Below, one piece after another: positions 27,346 to 32,000 of a DNA stretch of 32,000 nucleotides; the first letter of the stretch is position 1, and each line of letters begins with the position of its first letter. Both the position numbers and the translations under genes were made by a program. The stretch spans positions 1,738,856 to 1,770,855 of the forward strand of contig OY969425.1 in the NCBI GenBank assembly GCA_963699255.1. The letters run 5' to 3'. The DNA comes from an uncultured bacterium. GTDB lineage: Bacteria; Margulisbacteria; WOR-1; CAVSGV01. Under the pieces are notes generated by a model. The model did no database searches and was not told the origin of the DNA. It worked only from the letters and a program-made list of their open reading frames with translations.

Positions 27346-28557
27346 TTATGAGGGAAGATGAAAAGCAAGAACGGCCAGCTTAATTTCCCTATTATTATCT
27401 CCGATTAAATGAAAAGTATAATTGAACCAGGATTCACTTTCTTTATTATTAAGTTTGATATAACAGTCGTGTTTTGGAGTTGTTTCTTCAATAGATTTTA
27501 GAACTGAAGAAAATTCCTTATTTCTCACAAATAATATCAGTGCTGTCTTAGAATCACGCCAAGTTAAATACCCTAATAGTTGTGTTATTCCTTCGAGATA
27601 GGCTTTTGACCCTTCCCAAAACTTGCATTCTGCGACAAAGATGTTTGAATCTTGATAACGAATTAAAATATCGGTTTTCCCGGATTTATTGAATGTTTCC
27701 CCCGTTATCGAACTGTCTTTTATGCGGGGCTCTAAATGGACCAATATTTGATCTCGGAGGGCCTCCTCATCTTTGTTAAGATAAGTTGAAGGATAACGCT
27801 CAAACGATTTCCCCATAATATTAATTGCATGCAGTATTTCATCGTAGGTTGATTGGTCGATAGAGTATTCTTGAACGCCACTCCTAATGGCGGGCTTATT
27901 AACGGTAATCTTTTTAATAATATGTGGGATTGGCACTGTATAGCTCTTTGTGCTATTTGTCTTAACCCCTCCGAGAGCGGCAAGGGTTTTATTCTTATTG
28001 AGGATTTTTTGTTTAATCGCTTTAAATATTCCGCCAGCATTTGCCTTAAGCTTAGAATTGTAATCTTGAACATTCTTTGTTAGATGTCCGAGTTGTTCAT
28101 TTAATTTATTTATATTGTTTTGTGCTTCAGCTTTAATTTGGTCGGGCTCATCTGAAAATATTTGGATTTCAAAGCAAATACGATTCCCCCTGATTTCTAA
28201 TGGCATGGTCCACAAGAGACGCGGATTAGGAATGTAATGTATTAAATCGACATTCCCGCTATAAGGCATACTATATACATATACTGAACGAGGATATTTT
28301 TTGCCCGGATAAACGTTAAAATTAAAAGGAAAGTATTCTGCTGGAATCATTTTTTCATAAGTAGAAACTTCAAAGCTTTCGAAATCTATGGTAGGTAAGT
28401 CGATACTAAAATCATCAGCTAGATAACCAATGAAATCCTCTTCGTTGACGTTTAGAATATAATCTTCCGATTCTTGGCTGATCCTAGATAGTATTCTTTG
28501 ATCATTTCCCAGAAAATATTGTTGTATGTCTTCTCCTGCAAATGCTTTGAAGGTCAT
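27346..28557 (-). CDS. Hypothetical 403-aa protein with C-terminal PD-(D/E)XK (restriction-endonuclease-like) motif; A+T-rich
   Basis: Clean ORF. The C-terminal third reads EEALRDQILVHLE...GKTDILIRYQDSNIFVAECKFWEG (helix Glu, then D-x14-E-x-K). N-terminal ~270 aa unrecognised, with a central coiled-coil-like stretch. TATATAAT and an AAGG SD lie upstream. Confidence 0.7.
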   Translation of the reverse strand: MTFKAFAGEDIQQYFLGNDQRILSRISQESEDYILNVNEEDFIGYLADDFSIDLPTIDFESFEVSTYEKMIPAEYFPFNFNVYPGKKYPRSVYVYSMPYSGNVDLIHYIPNPRLLWTMPLEIRGNRICFEIQIFSDEPDQIKAEAQNNINKLNEQLGHLTKNVQDYNSKLKANAGGIFKAIKQKILNKNKTLAALGGVKTNSTKSYTVPIPHIIKKITVNKPAIRSGVQEYSIDQSTYDEILHAINIMGKSFERYPSTYLNKDEEALRDQILVHLEPRIKDSSITGETFNKSGKTDILIRYQDSNIFVAECKFWEGSKAYLEGITQLLGYLTWRDSKTALILFVRNKEFSSVLKSIEETTPKHDCYIKLNNKESESWFNYTFHLIGDNNREIKLAVLAFHLPS

Positions 28558-28654
28558 AATATTTACCTTGTATGAATTATATACTATTATTGACTTGTCT
28601 TTAAATCATTTATTAATATATTGCAGAATGCACTTTGAACTCTTCCTTTCTGGG

Positions 28655-28745
28655 GAGGCGAAGGAAGGGTGATAGCAGAAGTCAGAAGGCAGAAGTAGGG
28701 GGCGCATTTCTAACTTCAAACTTCTAATTTCTTACTTTTTATTCT
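28655..28745. repeat. Mirrored heptamer arrays: purine arm (..GTGATAG CAGAAGT CAGAAGG CAGAAGT AGGGGGC) then pyrimidine arm (GCATTTC TAACTTC AAACTTC TAATTTC TTACTTT TTATTCT)
   Basis: Read directly in the divergent intergenic region between the 403-aa gene and the ORF6N gene. The arms are imperfectly complementary (CAGAAGT vs ACTTC). Confidence 0.75.
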
Positions 28746-28878
28746 CTGGGCTCTTTCCCGTGTCTAAACCCACTGCTAGTGTCGAAGAAAATGACATCAA
28801 AAGACCCATCTTAAGAAGAATCCAGTTGCACTATTCAGGCAAGAAAATTGCTGTTACTTCTTATATAAGGAGGACTAT

Positions 28879-29514
28879 ATGAATAAATTAGCTAAGGTAA
28901 GCAGCATCAAATCATTAATATATGTAATAAGGGGCCAAAAAGTTATGCTGGATTTTGATCTGGGACGACTTTATCAGGTCCCTGTCAAAAGACTAAATGA
29001 ACAGGTAAAAAGGAATATATCCCGCTTCCCGGCGGACTTCATGTTGCAGCTTACTCAGGAAGAGACAGAGAATTTGCGGTGCCAATTTGGTACCACAAAT
29101 TACTTAAGAGGACGAGGAAACTTGAAGTCACAAATTGTGACTTCAAGTTCAAGGTCGCAAAATGCGACCTTGAAGCGGGGAGGAAACTTAAAGTATCTGC
29201 CATATGCTTTTACCCGCAACGGCGTTAACATGCTGGCGGCGGTCTTGAGGTCCGAAATAGCTATTCAGCGGTCGATATTTATAATGCGAGCCTTTTCCGC
29301 CCTTGAGGAAGCTATCGGCAGGCGAAAAAATAAGATCCTTTCAAGCCCGGAGGCCATCAGAGAACTTTCGATCCATTCAAAAGCCATAATGCGGCTTTTT
29401 CAAGAGGGCAGGATAAAGGATGCGAGGATATCCAGAATCGAAGATTCTGCAGAAAGAGATCACGAAGCTTATCCAGAAGATAATTATCACTTCAATCGAA
29501 AAAGATTGATATAA
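28879..29514 (+). CDS. ORF6N-domain (KilA-N-related) DNA-binding protein
   Basis: IYVIRGQKVMLDFDLGRLYQVPVKRLNEQVKRNISRFPADFMLQLTQEE...YLPYAFTRNGVNMLAAVLRSEIAIQRSIFIMRAF matches the remembered ORF6N consensus. AAGGAGG SD. Confidence 0.85.
   Translation: MNKLAKVSSIKSLIYVIRGQKVMLDFDLGRLYQVPVKRLNEQVKRNISRFPADFMLQLTQEETENLRCQFGTTNYLRGRGNLKSQIVTSSSRSQNATLKRGGNLKYLPYAFTRNGVNMLAAVLRSEIAIQRSIFIMRAFSALEEAIGRRKNKILSSPEAIRELSIHSKAIMRLFQEGRIKDARISRIEDSAERDHEAYPEDNYHFNRKRLI
29078..29174 (+). repeat. Three tandem palindromes inside the ORF6N coding sequence
   Basis: 29078-29094 GGTGCCAA-t-TTGGTACC (one G.T). 29121-29147 CTTGAAGTCACAA-a-TTGTGACTTCAAG (perfect 13-bp arms). 29148-29174 TTCAAGGTCGCA-aaa-TGCGACCTTGAA (perfect 12-bp arms). 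They encode RCQFGT, LKSQIVTS and RSQNATL. Confidence 0.9.
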
Positions 29515-29525
29515 CAAGGAAAAGT

Positions 29526-29552
29526 GAGGATATCACAAATTGTGATATCCTC
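29526..29552. promoter_or_regulatory. Perfect palindrome GAGGATATCACAA-a-TTGTGATATCCTC, 12 nt after the ORF6N stop
   Basis: 13-bp arms. Shares the 13-mer core TCACAAATTGTGA with the coding palindrome at 29128-29140. No U-run follows, so it is not a classical terminator. Confidence 0.6.
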
Positions 29553-29571
29553 TGAAAATCCCGATTTGACC

Positions 29572-29609
29572 ATAAAAAAAGGCTCCCTCCTTATGCAGAA
29601 GGGAGCCTT
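29572..29609 (-). terminator. Rho-independent terminator of the cysteine-rich gene pair
   Basis: AAGGCTCCCT (29579-88) pairs with AGGGAGCCTT (29600-09). On the minus strand the hairpin is followed by TTTTTTT (complement of 29574-29580). Confidence 0.75.
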
Positions 29610-29627
29610 GAACGAACTAAATCCGAA

Positions 29628-29897
29628 CTACTTCTTGCAGCAGTCCTTTACCGCACAAGTTGCGGCTTTAGAACCCGTAGGGCACTGTTTACTGCAATTC
29701 TTTGCGCATGCATTTTTGCATGACTTGGCCTTGCAGCAGCAGTCCTTCGAGCCCTTGCACGGGGCAGGGCAGCAGCACTCGTGGGACGCGATACAGCATT
29801 CGCTGTCGTACTTCGAAGCCGCCATAGCCGCGAGCGGAACGCTCATCGTACCCAGGAACATGAACAGAGCCAATACAGTAACTATCTTCTTAAACAT
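29628..29897 (-). CDS. Exported cysteine/lysine-rich small protein (89 aa; metallothionein-like composition)
   Basis: GGAGG SD 8 nt upstream. Sec-type signal MFKKIVTVLALFMFLGTMSVPLAAMA/AS. The mature ~60 aa contain 16 Cys in CC, CCC and C-x3-C runs with many Lys. A terminator follows. Confidence 0.75.
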   Translation of the reverse strand: MFKKIVTVLALFMFLGTMSVPLAAMAASKYDSECCIASHECCCPAPCKGSKDCCCKAKSCKNACAKNCSKQCPTGSKAATCAVKDCCKK

Positions 29898-29959
29898 GAT
29901 AATACCTCCATTTAATGGATAAAATTGAGACGGGACGGATCAAACAGGGAATTATGAGG

Positions 29960-30316
29960 TCAGACGAAATCCTTGCGGGAGACGAATTGCCTTGTGAACT
30001 TGCACTCGTTCAGCTTTGACATCAACCGGGGATCTTTAAAACATACCTCGCGGTCCTGGTGGACCGTTACCTTAACGGCCGAAATGGCCGGGATGCTTGT
30101 CGAGTCGGAAATAGAGACAGGGTCTGTTTGACCGGGATTTGCCGATGCGATAGCACTTATATTACCCGCGGACTTAAGGCAGCAGCATTCGCAGGCGGGA
30201 TCCTGTGAATGGCATCCGGAATTGTTTGAACAGAATGCGGGGCTGCAGCAAACAAGGCCATTCATGGAAACGGCCAGAACGAGAATGAGTAAACAGATCG
30301 ATTTGTTCTTCACCAT
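29960..30316 (-). CDS. Exported cysteine-rich protein (118 aa from the ATG at 30316)
   Basis: MVKNKSICLLILVLAVSMNG signal-like N-terminus, then VCCSPAFCSNNSGCHSQDPACECCC, sharing the CC...ECCC pattern with the downstream gene. TGTGATATAAT lies 7 nt upstream of this ATG. The listed start at 30343 adds a non-signal-like MFKCDIIYV. Confidence 0.6.
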   Translation of the reverse strand: MVKNKSICLLILVLAVSMNGLVCCSPAFCSNNSGCHSQDPACECCCLKSAGNISAIASANPGQTDPVSISDSTSIPAISAVKVTVHQDREVCFKDPRLMSKLNECKFTRQFVSRKDFV

Positions 30317-30323
30317 AACGTAT

Positions 30324-30334
30324 ATTATATCACA
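30324..30334 (-). promoter_or_regulatory. TGTGATATAAT extended -10-like element, 7 nt upstream of the 30316 ATG
   Basis: Minus strand reads agTGTGATATAATatacgttATG, the identical 11-mer to the one upstream of tldD. No SD. Confidence 0.4.
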
Positions 30335-30348
30335 CTTGAACACTGATT

Positions 30349-31047
30349 CTACTTCTTCGCTATCTTCTCAAGAAGCGAGATGATCTTGTCCATCTTCCTG
30401 TTCATTGACCACACCCTGAACGGCGTAGTGATGTTCATGATGAGGAAAACGACAAGAATGCCAAGTATCGCCAGGAGGGTGTTCTTGCTGAAGAAAATGA
30501 GGCTCTCAAGCATCCCTCTCTTTGGCGGCATCCCGTATTTGCCCGTCATAGTATCCATGAACACGGGATAATGAGGCGGAAAGTACGTTGCGTACGCTAT
30601 AGCGCCTGCCATGAGGTACAGCCCCGATAACGCCATATGGCCGAAGAATTCATCCAGCTCGTTCGCGGTCAGCAGCATGTAACTGACAAATTGCCCTATA
30701 AGAACGGCCAGAATGAACGTCAATATATCCAGCGGCAGAAGGTTGTGCCCAAGGAAATATGTATATGAGTAAAAGATGATAAGCGTGGCGATCGCGGTCA
30801 TATATGCCTGGGCGACCTTGGCTTCCATGAAGTTCTTTGTACATGACTTGACGAACGGATATTCGATGACGGCGAAGAATAATACCGGCCATATGCCTAT
30901 CTTTAAATGCTCCCACACGCTTTCATTGACCGGGCTTATCAGGGCAAGAAGCCAGTAGCTAGTGTTGTGGTATGCGGAATGGAGAAGCGTTCCAGCGATG
31001 ATTATTACAAGTGCCCCCGCGATCTCCCATAGAAGCGTTTTTCTCAT
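30349..31047 (-). CDS. Polytopic membrane protein, DUF6512-like N-terminal domain with a C-terminal extension
   Basis: SPVNESVWEHLKIGIWPVLFF matches the remembered DUF6512 core (VNES.WEHLK). About six hydrophobic helices. TATAAT lies 7 nt upstream of the ATG with no SD. Confidence 0.75.
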   Translation of the reverse strand: MRKTLLWEIAGALVIIIAGTLLHSAYHNTSYWLLALISPVNESVWEHLKIGIWPVLFFAVIEYPFVKSCTKNFMEAKVAQAYMTAIATLIIFYSYTYFLGHNLLPLDILTFILAVLIGQFVSYMLLTANELDEFFGHMALSGLYLMAGAIAYATYFPPHYPVFMDTMTGKYGMPPKRGMLESLIFFSKNTLLAILGILVVFLIMNITTPFRVWSMNRKMDKIISLLEKIAKK

Positions 31048-31054
31048 ATAAGGG

Positions 31055-31060
31055 ATTATA
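31055..31060 (-). promoter_or_regulatory. TATAAT hexamer 7 nt upstream of the 31047 ATG
   Basis: Minus strand reads tatatgTATAATcccttatATG. Confidence 0.3.
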
Positions 31061-31071
31061 CATATAATAAG

Positions 31072-31227
31072 GGCAGATATAAAGGCAAAAGATGGCAGGG
31101 GAGGGCAGAGGAAGGCAAGGAATAGGGCTTAAGGCATAAGGTTCAGGGCTTGCTTGTTGATTTGCCTTTGACCGCATGCCATAAGCCTTATAATCTTCTT
31201 TGCCATTATGTTCTGCCCTCATTTGCC
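31072..31227. repeat. GGCA word array (10-nt phased) facing a TGCC word array
   Basis: GGCA at 31072, 31084, 31094, 31104, 31114, 31133 (four consecutive at exact 10-nt steps), plus GGGCT at 31125 and 31146. TGCC at 31163, 31177, 31201, 31214, 31224. Lies in the divergent region between the membrane-protein gene and the RRM gene. Confidence 0.75.
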
Positions 31228-31463
31228 ATCAGGATCATTTTTTCTGTATGGTTATTTTGGGTTTTAGTGAAATTCCCCCGGGTATCCTGCGATATAAATA
31301 TAGCTTGCTATTGTACGCATAGTAGTGTATTGTAGCCAAGAAATGGTCGAGATTAATGGTTTCTGAATAGCGTGAATTTACCCAAGTATCTCTGGTCTTG
31401 GGCTTTTTGTTATAAGGGTCATTAATTGTATTAAAATTGAATAGTATTGTGAGGTGAAAATGC

Positions 31464-31751
31464 ATGGCAAAGAGTTTATTTGTAGGCAATCTACCGTGGT
31501 CTGCTACCGAGGACGAAATTAAAGCTAAGTTCGAGGAGCATGTAAAAGTTGTAGCTGTAAGGCTTATAACTGACAAGTTCACGGGCAAAGCCAAAGGTTT
31601 TGGTTTTGTTGAAGTTGATGATGCCGATATGGATAAAGCTATTTCCGCGATGAACGGCCAAAAGATCGGCGATCGAGAGATCGTTGTTAACGAGGCAAAG
31701 CCGAGAACGGAAAGAAGCGATAGACCGAGGAGCAATTTCTCGAGGTTCTAA
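31464..31751 (+). CDS. RRM-type RNA-binding protein (95 aa)
   Basis: RNP-2 LFVGNL and RNP-1 KGFGFVEV. GAGGTGA SD. A strong terminator follows. Confidence 0.9.
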   Translation: MAKSLFVGNLPWSATEDEIKAKFEEHVKVVAVRLITDKFTGKAKGFGFVEVDDADMDKAISAMNGQKIGDREIVVNEAKPRTERSDRPRSNFSRF

Positions 31752-31775
31752 ACAGTTCCTTTCGAGCTGATAATT

Positions 31776-31811
31776 AGGCCTGTTATGCGAAAGCGTAACG
31801 GGCCTTTTTTT
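31776..31811 (+). terminator. Rho-independent terminator
   Basis: AGGCCTGTTATGC / gaaa / GCGTAACGGGCCT (13 bp including two G.U) followed by TTTTTTT. Confidence 0.85.
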
Positions 31812-31824
31812 ATCAAATTAGATG

Positions 31825-31854
31825 TTGACAATAGGAAGCCCTTTCATATATAAT
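31825..31854 (+). promoter_or_regulatory. Consensus promoter (TTGACA - 18 nt - TATAAT), probably of a 16S rRNA gene beyond the window
   Basis: TTGACA at 31825-31830 and TATAAT at 31849-31854. Followed by the same leader box as the 23S unit. Confidence 0.6.
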
Positions 31855-31906
31855 ACCGGCTCTGCAATGGATTAACCTCTATTGCAATATCCTCTTTGAC
31901 GGATAC

Positions 31907-31927
31907 GATCTTTGAAAACTAAACAGG
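31907..31927 (+). promoter_or_regulatory. rRNA leader box GATCTTTGAAAACTAAACAGG
   Basis: 19 of 21 nt identical to 20919-20939 (hand alignment). Confidence 0.55.
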
Positions 31928-32000
31928 ATAAAGATGTGGGCATCTTTGTCGATTCATTTAAAGCTCTGAGATGATATCAAAGGGCTTGTTCTGCGATTTA

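Noticed and set aside
29524-29922. 132-aa plus-strand ORF covering the Cys-rich gene.
   Set aside because: It has no SD or signal and is Gln/Leu/Ala-rich, as expected for the antisense of Cys/Lys/Ala codons. The minus-strand ORF has GGAGG, a signal peptide and a terminator.
30317-30343. The listed start at 30343 (MFKCDIIYVMVKNK...) for the first Cys-rich gene.
   Set aside because: The internal ATG at 30316 yields a canonical signal peptide and sits 7 nt downstream of a TGTGATATAAT element that would lie inside the longer ORF.
30959-31335. ORFs 30959..31222(-) and 31150..31335(+).
   Set aside because: They are generated by the GGCA/TGCC word arrays, are low-complexity, and lack an SD.
31235-31735. 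166-aa minus-strand ORF.
   Set aside because: It is antisense to the RRM gene, which has RNP-1/RNP-2 motifs, an SD and a terminator.
24400-31800. Intact prophage or integrative element between the 5S and the next rRNA promoter.
   Set aside because: No integrase, recombinase, transposase, structural phage genes or flanking direct repeats were recognisable. Only the compositional mosaic and the ORF6N gene hint at foreign origin.

Overview
This is a 32-kb window from an unidentified bacterium. No database search was possible, so every call rests on motifs read from the ORF track and the DNA.

**593-10467 (minus strand).** Two tandem paralogous genes encode GH8-type glycoside hydrolases. Both carry ~100-aa FN3-like modules and a YPNPF-type C-terminal sorting / FlgD-Ig-like tail. 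One is a 2,487-aa ORF with three complete GH8 domains. The other is a one-unit copy broken by a single extra base.

**10.5-20 kb.** Ordinary housekeeping genes: ahcY, lspA, lgt, rluD-like, coaX, lysS, metV/metF-type MTHFR and tldD.

**19.9-24.4 kb.** A dismembered rRNA locus. tRNA-Ala(UGC) and tRNA-Ile(GAU) lie on the minus strand, followed by 23S-5S on the plus strand with its own consensus promoter. A second consensus promoter with a near-identical leader box at 31.8-31.9 kb probably starts a 16S gene just beyond the window.

**24.4-31.8 kb.** A ~7.4-kb mosaic accessory stretch containing:
- a lexA / 83-aa ORF / dinB SOS cassette with a candidate GGTATAC-N4-GTATACC operator;
- two A+T-rich orphan genes bracketing that cassette: a 403-aa protein with a C-terminal PD-(D/E)XK-like motif and a 169-aa protein with kinase-like loop spacing;
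- an ORF6N-domain gene containing three tandem coding palindromes;
- two exported cysteine-rich (metallothionein-like) small proteins next to a DUF6512-like membrane protein;
- an RRM RNA-binding protein.

**Recurrent signature.** Degenerate tandem heptamer (sometimes octamer or decamer) stutter arrays occur throughout the window and are unexplained. They often form mirrored purine/pyrimidine arms. They sit at gene boundaries, in the tRNA spacer, and in frame inside ileS and coaX.

No CRISPR array, transposase or integrase was recognised.
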